Positions 1-8,653 of a DNA stretch of 52,445 nucleotides are shown here, one piece after another. The position numbers were made by a program, and so were the translations under genes. The DNA comes from a virus (taxonomy: Duplodnaviria; Caudoviricetes), in the IMG/VR virus record IMGVR_UViG_3300044630_000786, positions 1-52,445 of that record. One strand, written 5' to 3'. Within the stretch, counting starts at the first letter, position 1; every line of letters starts with the position of its first letter. The notes below the pieces were generated by a model, which was given only the letters and a program-made list of their open reading frames with translations, had not been told where the DNA came from and searched no databases.

Positions 1-574
1 CAGATTCAATTTTTGCATCATGTTTGGCATACTTTTCTCCAGGTTTATAAAAAATGTGACGTCCTATCTTTACAGTTTTATTTAGATGACGCCAGTTCGG
101 GTTCACATAGTCTGCGTGGTAATACAGCGCACCACCTGTATTATCTCTCAATGAATCAGAGTTAACATAGATGTCTAGAGCCAAGAAGAAAATATTTTGA
201 TATACTTCTTTTTGTCTATCTGACAGATTCTTTTCTTTATTGTATGCCATGTTCCTCTCACGATCTTGGCAGTACCAAGAGAACTGGCATGTTCTGTGAT
301 TCTTTTCTTTTACTACACCGCAAATATCGTTAGCGAAGACGCCAGAACGAACACGGTTTAATGTAACAACTGCCACTGCCTTTTGTCCTTCTACTGGCTC
401 ATAACCAGCTTCGAAGAAAATATTATCTGCTAAACACTCTACTTGCTTTTTAGCGTATGGTGTTAGTTGGTCAGCTGAAACACGAATTGGGAATAGTGCA
501 TTATTGTTTGCTACAACGATTGTTGTTACAGCGAATAGAATGCCTACTAAAATTAGAAAAATTGATTTACGCAA
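1..574 (-). CDS. SleB-like cell wall hydrolase (Hydrolase_2), 3' end runs off the window
   Basis: Not in ORF track; manual translation from TTG at 574 (AAGGAG RBS): signal-like N-terminus, CLADNIFFEAGYEPVEGQKAVAVVTLNRV...CQFSWYC...GRHIFY. Confidence 0.85.
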   Translation of the reverse strand, partial: MRKSIFLILVGILFAVTTIVVANNNALFPIRVSADQLTPYAKKQVECLADNIFFEAGYEPVEGQKAVAVVTLNRVRSGVFANDICGVVKEKNHRTCQFSWYCQDRERNMAYNKEKNLSDRQKEVYQNIFFLALDIYVNSDSLRDNTGGALYYHADYVNPNWRHLNKTVKIGRHIFYKPGEKYAKHDAKIES

Positions 575-594
575 TTTTATCTCCTTAAATTGAT

Positions 595-619
595 AAAGGG
601 ATGTGTTTGTGCACATCCC
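595..619 (-). terminator. Probable intrinsic terminator
   Basis: GGGATGTG/CACATCCC 8-bp stem followed by TTT on minus strand, just after the 629..904 stop. Confidence 0.5.
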
Positions 620-628
620 CCATCCCTA

Positions 629-904
629 TCAGGTGGACTTTTTGCTAATAGTCTTTGTATCTAGTGGGATATTGGAAACGAAGCCATTCAAGACCTGAGC
701 CTTTGCAATGATTTCGACCTCTGACGGATAAGCAGGGAATCCTGGATGATCAGGAATCGTGCCTCCATTGATTTTAGCAGTATCGACTTTCGTTTGCCAG
801 TCGTTGCTAATTTGTTCACGCTTACCGTAGTAATCATCAGCAAGCATGTCTTTCGCCATTTTTAGAAGTTCAAGGCGAATCTCGAACGGAGTCATATTTG
901 ACAT
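629..904 (-). CDS. Hypothetical phage protein
   Basis: 91 aa ORF with AAAGG RBS, downstream of a late promoter. Confidence 0.75.
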   Translation of the reverse strand: MSNMTPFEIRLELLKMAKDMLADDYYGKREQISNDWQTKVDTAKINGGTIPDHPGFPAYPSEVEIIAKAQVLNGFVSNIPLDTKTISKKST

Positions 905-977
905 AGGTTATTACCTTTCTGTGTAGTGTGTAAAAAAAACGAAGGTTTTATTGGGATCCTTCAACCCACTGTATCAT

Positions 978-985
978 TATTTATA
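978..985 (-). promoter_or_regulatory. T4-type late promoter TATAAATA
   Basis: Exact consensus in an intergenic position. Confidence 0.7.
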
Positions 986-999
986 TAATACCTGATTGC

Positions 1000-2487
1000 T
1001 CAATATAAAGCAAGTTTATTTTCTATGTATTCTTTTGCAATTGGCATAATTAAATCAGTCTCTTTATCAATATCTTTTCTTGTTATTTTTGATTTTCTAA
1101 GTGATTGAATTGAAGTTCCACAAAAAGATGATGCACCCCAAAGATCCCAAGAATCTAAAAACGAACCATTGTAATCGCCACTGTTTATATTAGACCATTG
1201 AGTTGCAGTATCACGATTTCCATATTCATTTTTCCATTCTAAACTATATGGATATGCGCCTGATGAATTTTCTATATCAATCATCGATTCCTTTATTTCT
1301 TCATACCCATACTTAGTAAAGTCTTCACCCATAGCAGAAAGTTTAATTGTTCCATCTTGATTGGAGATCTTTTTTGTTATTGTTAATGGATAAAACACCC
1401 AGTGCTGATCCATCCAATTTTCTTTAAACCATTTAACACTATCGTTTAAAGAATCATAAGATTCTCTAGGCAATCCTGCAATCATAGAAATAGTTGATGC
1501 GTATAAACCAAGTTCTTTATTAAACAACTTTCTCATATCTAATGCTGTTTGTTTATTCTTATCTGGATGCAATCCTTTTCCAATTATCTTTCCGCTCTCA
1601 TGATTAAAAGTTTCTACGCCATAGTAATGACCCCAGACACGAGATTCTAATAATAGTTCTCTCTGTTCTACGTTACTATGAAGTAAATCTAATCTAACAA
1701 ATCCAGTAAAGTTTGGTTTGAACGATAATCGTTTTACAGCTAAAGAAAGTTTCTTTAGTTTCTCATCGTTACTATTAATCGTTTCATCTGCGATTGCGTA
1801 ATTGGTAATACCCCATTTATCATAGTTAGTTTGTAACTCACGATAAATGTCTTCTTCAGATCTAGATGTATCACCCTTTACTCCAAGGATTGGATATGAA
1901 CAATATTTACAATTAAATTTACAACCACGTTCTAATTCAATTGTTAATACATCAGTTGGGCAAAGAAAATCTCGGTCTTCATATTCTATTGAATAAGATC
2001 CATCAACAGTTTCTGGAGGATATGCAGGATACATATGTAATGCATTAATTAACCATCCTCTATTCAGAGGAATGCCTTTTAACTTACCATCAGAGAATGC
2101 ATGTTTTAAAACATCAACAACAGCAAGTTCTCCGTAACCATTAATAAAATAATCTGCGTCAAGATCTTTATAATAAATGTCTTGTCCACCCAATACAATT
2201 TTTATCTCTGGGTATTTTGTTCTTAGTAAAGATATTAAACTTCTATATGCGTTATACTGTGTCAACCACGTTATAGAAATCCCCACCCACTTGATATTAT
2301 TTTTAATGATCCGTGAATTTATAAGTTGGATTATCTGTGATTCTTCCCAGAAAGGAAGGCGATCTATTACCTCAACATCAATAGATAATGTTTTTCTTAA
2401 ATGGTGTGCTATTCTATATGCACCAGATGGTCTCTCCGCAGAATATTCCCAACCGAGAGAAGTAAAGATTAATCCATTTGCGATCAC
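1000..2487 (-). CDS. B12-binding-domain radical SAM enzyme
   Basis: CxxxCxxC (RGCKFNCKYC), N-terminal Rossmann-like B12 region (IVLGG, GYGE), DET, GVETF and MIAGLP motifs. Confidence 0.85.
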   Translation of the reverse strand: MIANGLIFTSLGWEYSAERPSGAYRIAHHLRKTLSIDVEVIDRLPFWEESQIIQLINSRIIKNNIKWVGISITWLTQYNAYRSLISLLRTKYPEIKIVLGGQDIYYKDLDADYFINGYGELAVVDVLKHAFSDGKLKGIPLNRGWLINALHMYPAYPPETVDGSYSIEYEDRDFLCPTDVLTIELERGCKFNCKYCSYPILGVKGDTSRSEEDIYRELQTNYDKWGITNYAIADETINSNDEKLKKLSLAVKRLSFKPNFTGFVRLDLLHSNVEQRELLLESRVWGHYYGVETFNHESGKIIGKGLHPDKNKQTALDMRKLFNKELGLYASTISMIAGLPRESYDSLNDSVKWFKENWMDQHWVFYPLTITKKISNQDGTIKLSAMGEDFTKYGYEEIKESMIDIENSSGAYPYSLEWKNEYGNRDTATQWSNINSGDYNGSFLDSWDLWGASSFCGTSIQSLRKSKITRKDIDKETDLIMPIAKEYIENKLALY

Positions 2488-2499
2488 TGGTCACCCAAA

Positions 2500-2820
2500 A
2501 ATAAAATGCCGACTGATTGGGTGATAAGGACAGTCGGCGAAACCTCAGCTATGCTTTAAGCAGCGATAGCAAATAACTCGTCGTTTGCGGTTATTGATTT
2601 TGCTTGATTTACGGTCATCGCCTACCGTGTTGCCGTCTCTACTATCTCACGCTGTCGAAACCTAGTCACCCCCATCATAAGAATACGAATAGAATTAAAA
2701 CTATAATAGCAAAGCCAATTATAAATCTTGTCAAGTCATCATCCATATCAATCTCCTTATGGTGGAGGTGGGGAGAATCGAACTCCCGTCCAACATGCCT
2801 TCGTTTCGAAGGGATTACAA
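2500..2820 (-). ncRNA. ssrA: Circularly permuted two-piece tmRNA (acceptor piece ~2820-2760; coding piece 2673-~2500; tag ANDELFAIAA at 2588-2556)
   Basis: 3' end GGACGGGAGTTCGATTCTCCCCACCTCCACCA lies upstream of 5' end GGGGGTGACTAGGTTTCGAC; acceptor stem has G3.U70; resume codon GCA; terminal hairpin GCCGACTG/CAGTCGGC plus U-run. Confidence 0.92.
2675..2746 (-). CDS. 23-aa hydrophobic peptide MDDDLTRFIIGFAIIVLILFVFL inside the tmRNA intervening segment
   Basis: AAGGAG RBS 6 nt before ATG; fills the spacer between CCA end and 5' GGGGG. Confidence 0.6.
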   Translation of the reverse strand: MDDDLTRFIIGFAIIVLILFVFL

Positions 2821-2825
2821 CAATA

Positions 2826-3332
2826 TTAACTATTTAGGACTTTAGCGATACTGTTCATAACAGCAGCAATGCGACCGATGTCACGTAGTTGCTCAACAGT
2901 ATAACCCATTTTCTTTAGTCCATCATAATGCGCTTTAACACAGAAGTGACAATTACCAACAATAGAAGCAGCAAGTGAGTATGACTCAAATCGTTCTTTA
3001 GTAGTACCACCGTGCGTTGCGATTGCGTTCATGCGAAGTTGAGCAGGTAGACCAGCAAGAGCAGGGTCTTCTGCCATTTCAACGTAAGGATACCATACGT
3101 TATTTTGTGCCATTAAACTGGCAGCAGTCATCGCTGCATTTGCATCTACTGGCGCATCTGCTAAGAGAGCACCCAATAGTTTACCGTTACCAGTCGCAGC
3201 TAACGCAGCAACAGCACAGCCGATTGCTTCATCAGGATCTAGAGTGCTGCGCAAAAGCACAGCATCTAAATTTAACTTTGCGTCTTTTGCGTATTCTGGT
3301 AAAACATCTTTAACAGAATCAATAAAAGCCAT
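2826..3332 (-). CDS. ahpD: Alkylhydroperoxidase AhpD (CMD family)
   Basis: SLAASIVGNCHFCVKAH CxxC motif, MAQNNVWY; adjacent to ahpC. Confidence 0.9.
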   Translation of the reverse strand: MAFIDSVKDVLPEYAKDAKLNLDAVLLRSTLDPDEAIGCAVAALAATGNGKLLGALLADAPVDANAAMTAASLMAQNNVWYPYVEMAEDPALAGLPAQLRMNAIATHGGTTKERFESYSLAASIVGNCHFCVKAHYDGLKKMGYTVEQLRDIGRIAAVMNSIAKVLNS

Positions 3333-3874
3333 TATAGAGTCTCCCCACCAACTTTACGGTTGCATGCGCAAAGTTCGCCAGTTTGCAACGCATCAAGGAT
3401 ACGTAGAGTTTCATCTGGGCTGCGACCAACATTCAAGTTGTTAACCGTAACGTGTTGAATGACATTCTCTGGATCAACGATGAATGTAGCACGAAGTGCT
3501 GCGCCAGCAGGTGCATAGAACACACCCAACTGCTCAATCAAAGATTTATCCCAATCACGAGATGTGTCAGCGAACTGAATGTGTTTGATTTTCTTTAGAT
3601 CTTCGTGAGCATTTTGCCATGCCACTTTACAGAACTCATTGTCAGTACTACCTGTCAATAAGACTGCATCACGATCGGCAAAATCTTGGAATAGTTTATC
3701 GTACGCAACAATTTCTGTTGGGCAGACAAAGGTGAAGTCTTTTGGATAGTAGACGATTACTTTCCACTTTCCTTCAAAAGACTTTTCTGTAATATCGAAA
3801 AAAGCATCTGCTGGTTGTCCAGGTTTGACACCAGTAACAACAAACGCTTCTAATTTATCACCAACTGTTTTCAT
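3332..3874 (-). CDS. ahpC: Peroxiredoxin AhpC
   Basis: YPKDFTFVCPTE, GRSPDE, GELCACN motifs. Confidence 0.95.
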   Translation of the reverse strand: MKTVGDKLEAFVVTGVKPGQPADAFFDITEKSFEGKWKVIVYYPKDFTFVCPTEIVAYDKLFQDFADRDAVLLTGSTDNEFCKVAWQNAHEDLKKIKHIQFADTSRDWDKSLIEQLGVFYAPAGAALRATFIVDPENVIQHVTVNNLNVGRSPDETLRILDALQTGELCACNRKVGGETL

Positions 3875-3979
3875 TTAAATTTCCTTTCAAATCAAAATTT
3901 AGGGTTATCCCTATAATACTTAGTCATAACTAACATCAATCGTACATCTAATTCTCATAATATTTTTAAATGAGTTTCA

Positions 3980-4633
3980 TTAGCGTTTATTAATGCTTCG
4001 GTACTGCTCTCTTACTTCAATAAATTTGTTGATCCACGTATCACGTTTCTCTTTAAAGATAAGTGGCTCATGGTCATCAACTGCCATAATAATAACTAGA
4101 TGTCCAACAGGTATTCCTGTTCGTTCTTCAAAAGCTACAGCATATGCAGCACACTGCATAAAGTAGTTATGAATATCGTCCCTTGATTTTACTCTCTTTG
4201 ATGTCTTGAAGTCAATCACAGATAACTTGGAATCATATTCTGCAATACAGTCAACTGTTCCTGCAACTTCTAAATGGTCAGAGTAAAGTGGTGTTTCGAG
4301 TGCGTGGACATTGTTAATCTTTGACAACTCAGGTAAGATTGAATTCCACGTGTGGTGGTCAAACATGTCGGGTTCAGCGGATTCATTCTTGAGAAACGAT
4401 TCGCAAAGTGAATGGATGCGAGTTCCTCTGTTAGCTGCTGCTGTTGAGATTCTGTTTGCTTCGGCTTCTCCGACTCGTTTTCTCCATGCGATGATTGCTG
4501 CTTTTCCAAGCAATCCTGTGACGGTTGTGACGGAAGGATAGGATTTACCCGATGGAGTCGCATATACTCTGGATCCATCGGGAGCGGTGATACGTTCAAG
4601 TTTGGGAATATCATGACGAATATGTGTAATCAA
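3980..4633 (-). CDS. PD-(D/E)XK exonuclease (Cas4/RecB-like)
   Basis: YPSVTTV, RGTRIH, AGTVDCIA, IDFKTS, QCAAYA. Confidence 0.85.
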   Translation of the reverse strand: MITHIRHDIPKLERITAPDGSRVYATPSGKSYPSVTTVTGLLGKAAIIAWRKRVGEAEANRISTAAANRGTRIHSLCESFLKNESAEPDMFDHHTWNSILPELSKINNVHALETPLYSDHLEVAGTVDCIAEYDSKLSVIDFKTSKRVKSRDDIHNYFMQCAAYAVAFEERTGIPVGHLVIIMAVDDHEPLIFKEKRDTWINKFIEVREQYRSINKR

Positions 4634-4635
4634 TT

Positions 4636-5478
4636 TTATCCTAACATTTTCTTAATAGTCGCTGGACCAACAATACCATCAGCTGTCAAACCATTGGCTG
4701 CTTGCCATGCCTTAACTGCTTTCTCTGTTCCTGGACCAAAATCACCATCAGCAGTTAAGCCAAGTTTCTCTTGGATCAATTTAACTGTAGCGTTCTTGCT
4801 TCCAATCTTACATAGTTCTAAGACAACTTCAGTAACTGAATCGTCAGCTGGCGCAGGTGCATGTCCACCACCAAGAACTGCTTTGTTGTGTTTGTAGTGA
4901 TTAGTGCGATCCTCAAGACCAATAGTACCACCATTGATACGCTTAGTCATTAGAACGATATCGTCTTTATCACAGATCTCGTTTAGACCATTTGTCTTCC
5001 AGAACCAGCAAGCAGATTCAATAGCACCATCAAGTGTTTCTAGGTATGCAATGGTTTCATCAATAGACTTACCGATTGCTGCTGCGAATCTAGTGTAGTT
5101 GTCTTTACCAGTCAACTGAATAGCGCCACGTCCACGGAATTTAAAACCTTCGCCTGATGCTTCATCACCATTACCCATGCGACTTGCGTATACACGGTTG
5201 GCAATCATCTCTGGCTTACGTTCATATTTTAACGCAGTAGCTTCGTCTGGGAAATACTTCTTAAATGTTCCCATCAAACCCTTTGCGCCATAATTCAAGT
5301 TCTCTTTTAATGTAGTAAAGTCCATTGACTCGTGACCACACTGAGCAAGAAAACCTGCTAAACGGTTTGTTGTATTGATTTGATATTTGTCAAGCACTTT
5401 GTTAAGAGCAGCAGCAAGATCTGCTGGCGCTTTATTGTTCTTACAAGTTTGCTTAATCAGGTCGGCTGTTACTTGCAT
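4636..5478 (-). CDS. GH19 endolysin with C-terminal peptidoglycan-binding domain
   Basis: FLAQCGHES, FRGRGAIQLTG, TKRINGG; ADGDFGPGT and ADGIVGPAT PG-binding repeats. Confidence 0.9.
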   Translation of the reverse strand: MQVTADLIKQTCKNNKAPADLAAALNKVLDKYQINTTNRLAGFLAQCGHESMDFTTLKENLNYGAKGLMGTFKKYFPDEATALKYERKPEMIANRVYASRMGNGDEASGEGFKFRGRGAIQLTGKDNYTRFAAAIGKSIDETIAYLETLDGAIESACWFWKTNGLNEICDKDDIVLMTKRINGGTIGLEDRTNHYKHNKAVLGGGHAPAPADDSVTEVVLELCKIGSKNATVKLIQEKLGLTADGDFGPGTEKAVKAWQAANGLTADGIVGPATIKKMLG

Positions 5479-5480
5479 TT

Positions 5481-6269
5481 CTACCCCTTTTGGTTTTCGA
5501 TTTTATCTTCGTATTTAAGTTTCGCAACAATATAGTCTTTGACTAAACTACTGCGGACGATGTCGTCTGGAGAAAATTCAATTCGGGTAAACGCACCCAT
5601 ATGCATAGCGATATCAAAAAATTTTAGAATGCCAGACATATCATTCTTCTTTTTATTTAGATCGGTTTGGCGATAATCGCCACACCAAATAATCTTCGAG
5701 CGATAACCAACACGTGTCATAACTGTATCGATTTCTTCGTATGTTAAGTTCTGCATTTCATCAACAATAATGATAGCATCATCAAACGACATACCTCGAA
5801 TAAATGATGTAGAAATAAACTCAATGTGTCCTTGTTCTTCTAATCTATTATACGCTTCTTTGCGACCAAATAATGTTTCGCAAATCTGCTGATATGGTTG
5901 TCTGTAGATTTCAGTTTTTTCATCAAGATCTCCTGGTAAATGTCCAACCTCTCTTGAAGGAACAGCAGATCTAACAATAATAATTTTGTTAAAAGGATTA
6001 CTCTTATCTAATACTTCTTCAAGTGCTTTATACAAAGCAATAAATGTTTTACCAGTACCTGCTACACCATGTAATGCAACAAAATAATCACCACGCTTAT
6101 ATGCGTCATAAAATAATTTTTGATTTGCGGTAAGTGGCGCAAAGGTTTTTAAATCATCTATTCTTATTCTTAAAGAATTATTCACCGTTTTTAATCTTGC
6201 GTCTGGCTTATTATTATCTTGAAGTACAAACTCTTGGTCCGATGGAGCTTGTGGTGCTCTTTTTGCCAT
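5481..6269 (-). CDS. phoH: PhoH-family ATPase
   Basis: GVAGTGKT, GHLPGD, FIRGMSF, IVDEMQN, GDYRQTD. Confidence 0.92.
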   Translation of the reverse strand: MAKRAPQAPSDQEFVLQDNNKPDARLKTVNNSLRIRIDDLKTFAPLTANQKLFYDAYKRGDYFVALHGVAGTGKTFIALYKALEEVLDKSNPFNKIIIVRSAVPSREVGHLPGDLDEKTEIYRQPYQQICETLFGRKEAYNRLEEQGHIEFISTSFIRGMSFDDAIIIVDEMQNLTYEEIDTVMTRVGYRSKIIWCGDYRQTDLNKKKNDMSGILKFFDIAMHMGAFTRIEFSPDDIVRSSLVKDYIVAKLKYEDKIENQKG

Positions 6270-6280
6270 TGTTGAATCCT

Positions 6281-6523
6281 TTAAATATTTCCGTTATTTT
6301 TTAACTGACTTCCTGGTGATCGTTCGTGAATGTTTTTGAGAACCTCCTTAAAACCTGAAGGTGGACGCAGACCACCTAGACGAATGGGATCGACTAGATT
6401 TGGTGCTGCGAGAACACTTTCGATATGGGGATTTGTTTTTAGATATTCTTCTCGTTCGCTAATTTTCATCAGCTTATCGAAGACTTCTCCAGTTTTGGTA
6501 TCTTTAAATGTGTAAGTTGGCAA
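6281..6523 (-). CDS. Small T4-like conserved protein (FmdB-like, PTYTF start)
   Basis: TTG start at 6523 with GAGGAG RBS; PTYTFKD and GFKEVL motifs. Confidence 0.6.
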   Translation of the reverse strand: MPTYTFKDTKTGEVFDKLMKISEREEYLKTNPHIESVLAAPNLVDPIRLGGLRPPSGFKEVLKNIHERSPGSQLKNNGNI

Positions 6524-6534
6524 ACAACTTCTCC

Positions 6535-7167
6535 TCACATAAGTTCAGTTGACATTGATATAATTCTATTACGTTTCGTATCATGCTCTATGTAACACGC
6601 TTCATTAATTTTATTTAGTCCTTCGCTGAACCAAGAAGGCATAGGACGATTAGTCCACTTAGCAAAAAGTCGTTTCTTTTCAATGTAATACTTTTGATAT
6701 GATGCCAAAGAATCACCAGCAACTTTGCAATCATCTGGCATAGCAGGGGTCGGTTCAGTAAACTCACCAATAGGTAGATTTTTTGGAAAGTTGTTCTTAA
6801 GCGACTGCATCAAACCTGACTGCTCAACGCTGTGAACCTTTCCATAGCGATGTGTATATTCAGCGCAGCACCACTCTAACAGTTCAGCAAGCCACATATA
6901 GTTTTGAACATTGGCTCGGCACCAGATAGCAGATGGGTGGCTAACATGCGACGCTTTAAATAAAAGAGTTTCTAGATTATGGTTGTCAAGTTTCCATCGT
7001 TTAATTTTACGTCCACCTTCAGTCAACGCTTCATAAACTTTCCCATCAAGGATTCGATGAGCAGTTGAAAGAAGTTGAGCATACTCAAGAATCATCTTAA
7101 CACAGTGTTTGTCTAGATGTTCCTCAGCACATTGTTTAGGGTTTTCGTTTAGATAAAAGATGTTCAT
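6535..7167 (-). CDS. Pyrimidine-dimer DNA glycosylase-like protein
   Basis: MNIFYL...DKHCVKMILEYAQLLSTAH, HPSAIW, EYTHRYGKVH, PAMPD. Confidence 0.8.
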   Translation of the reverse strand: MNIFYLNENPKQCAEEHLDKHCVKMILEYAQLLSTAHRILDGKVYEALTEGGRKIKRWKLDNHNLETLLFKASHVSHPSAIWCRANVQNYMWLAELLEWCCAEYTHRYGKVHSVEQSGLMQSLKNNFPKNLPIGEFTEPTPAMPDDCKVAGDSLASYQKYYIEKKRLFAKWTNRPMPSWFSEGLNKINEACYIEHDTKRNRIISMSTELM

Positions 7168-7168
7168 A

Positions 7169-7369
7169 TTATAAATGTGTCACAAAGAAATTAGCAATAA
7201 TAAAAAAGCAAGTTATAATATGTATTATAACCCAAAACGTCTTTAAAAGCAAGGCAATCTTTGCTTCTCGCAAAGTTAAAATTGGAACATCTGGTTTGTC
7301 ATCATCAGTATGACCCATCAGATGTCCCGTAGCTCTAGCCCATATTAACCAGAATCTAACTTTTTGCAT
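7169..7369 (-). CDS. Small membrane protein
   Basis: C-terminal hydrophobic helix, coupled to neighbours. Confidence 0.6.
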   Translation of the reverse strand: MQKVRFWLIWARATGHLMGHTDDDKPDVPILTLREAKIALLLKTFWVIIHIITCFFIIANFFVTHL

Positions 7370-7862
7370 TGATTGCCTTCAACTGCAAGACAAGACTATC
7401 TAAAGTTGCAAGTGTTTTATCCATATGCTTATCATCATGAAGAATACCATGACCACCTGCTTCCGTAAAAGGTAATGCGCAGTCAGGTCTATCATCAATC
7501 AGAATAGACATAGGTGTAGCGTATTTCTTTTTCTCACTAAACATCTTCACAAAGTTTGGATGATAGTCAATACCATGACGCTTCAACCAAACAGTCTTTT
7601 GTCTTGCTGCTTCTGCGCCTTGTTCAGTACGAGGTGTACCTACTGAGGTAAGCATCTCAACTTTAACACCCTGTAGTGTGCGAACGTGGTTGATCAATCG
7701 CCTACCGTTTGGCATCCAGTTTAGATCCTCAAAGATCTTACCTTCCATAACTGCTTTAGCAAAAATGTCTTTGTCGTATTTAACTCCAGCTGGTTTGAGA
7801 ACCTCAAACTTTTCCTGAAAGTTACAGACGACTCCGTCCATGTCCAAGTAAACCGTAATCAT
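7356..7862 (-). CDS. HAD-family 5'(3')-nucleotidase-like protein
   Basis: YLDMDGV and ILIDD motifs. Confidence 0.8.
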   Translation of the reverse strand: MITVYLDMDGVVCNFQEKFEVLKPAGVKYDKDIFAKAVMEGKIFEDLNWMPNGRRLINHVRTLQGVKVEMLTSVGTPRTEQGAEAARQKTVWLKRHGIDYHPNFVKMFSEKKKYATPMSILIDDRPDCALPFTEAGGHGILHDDKHMDKTLATLDSLVLQLKAINAKS

Positions 7863-8272
7863 TTTGTTGCTTCACCTATAATCTTATAACCCTTACCAGT
7901 AGGATGAATTTTATCTGTACTCATATGATCTTCTGGTCGTGGGATAATAGTATCACCATATTCAGCAGCAATCTTTGTGATAGCTGCCATCTGTTCTTGT
8001 TTGCGATCTTTGCCAAGACTAATCCAAAATACACGATCCGCTTTAACAGTAGATCTCATCTTGCGTAGTTCCGCTTCTGTCTTCACACCCTTGTGGTCAT
8101 TGGCACCAAGCGAAATGATTAGTGTCTTCGCTGGTTGACTAGATGCCTTGGTAAGATAATCTTTATTCCACTGCCAACTATTCCAACCACCCTTAGCATA
8201 GGAAACACATTCTTTACGTGCCATTGAAGTTCCAACAGCAATGCTGTCTCCAATAATCATGCAGTCAATCAT
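7859..8272 (-). CDS. SGNH/GDSL hydrolase
   Basis: GDSI, LGAND, DKIHP motifs. Confidence 0.8.
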   Translation of the reverse strand: MIDCMIIGDSIAVGTSMARKECVSYAKGGWNSWQWNKDYLTKASSQPAKTLIISLGANDHKGVKTEAELRKMRSTVKADRVFWISLGKDRKQEQMAAITKIAAEYGDTIIPRPEDHMSTDKIHPTGKGYKIIGEATK

Positions 8273-8274
8273 AA

Positions 8275-8652
8275 TTACCTCACAAATTTGGTGAAGTCTG
8301 GTGGTTGCCAGCCTTCTGGTTTAAGGATCTTACCATCTTCTCTACGGATAACCTTACCTGTATTCACATCAATTTTGGCAAGGTTAGATTTTGCGCCCTC
8401 ATCCCAAGCGAGATGTGGATTCCATCCACGTGCATACATGTATCCAACAATAACCCAAATCATATCGAAGCAAGCATCTAATTGTTCAGCATCATCACTT
8501 GCTGCTTCCGCTTCCCAAAATTCTTCAACTTCTTCTTTAATAAGTTTCTTATAGAGTTCTGCTAATTCAGAAACCTTTGGGTCTGCTTGCGTTGGATAGT
8601 TTTGCCCACACGCTTTTAAAAATACACTTACGTCTGTAAAAACTTTGCTCAT
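8275..8652 (-). CDS. MazG/PRA-PH-like NTP pyrophosphohydrolase
   Basis: LIKEEVEEF, DACFD, SNLAK, REDGKILKP. Confidence 0.8.
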   Translation of the reverse strand: MSKVFTDVSVFLKACGQNYPTQADPKVSELAELYKKLIKEEVEEFWEAEAASDDAEQLDACFDMIWVIVGYMYARGWNPHLAWDEGAKSNLAKIDVNTGKVIRREDGKILKPEGWQPPDFTKFVR

Positions 8653-8653
8653 A

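Noticed and set aside
2604-2837. 77-aa plus-strand ORF
   Set aside because: Antisense to the tmRNA
3980-4633. Cas4 implying a CRISPR system
   Set aside because: No repeat-spacer array or other cas genes seen; common T4-like exonuclease
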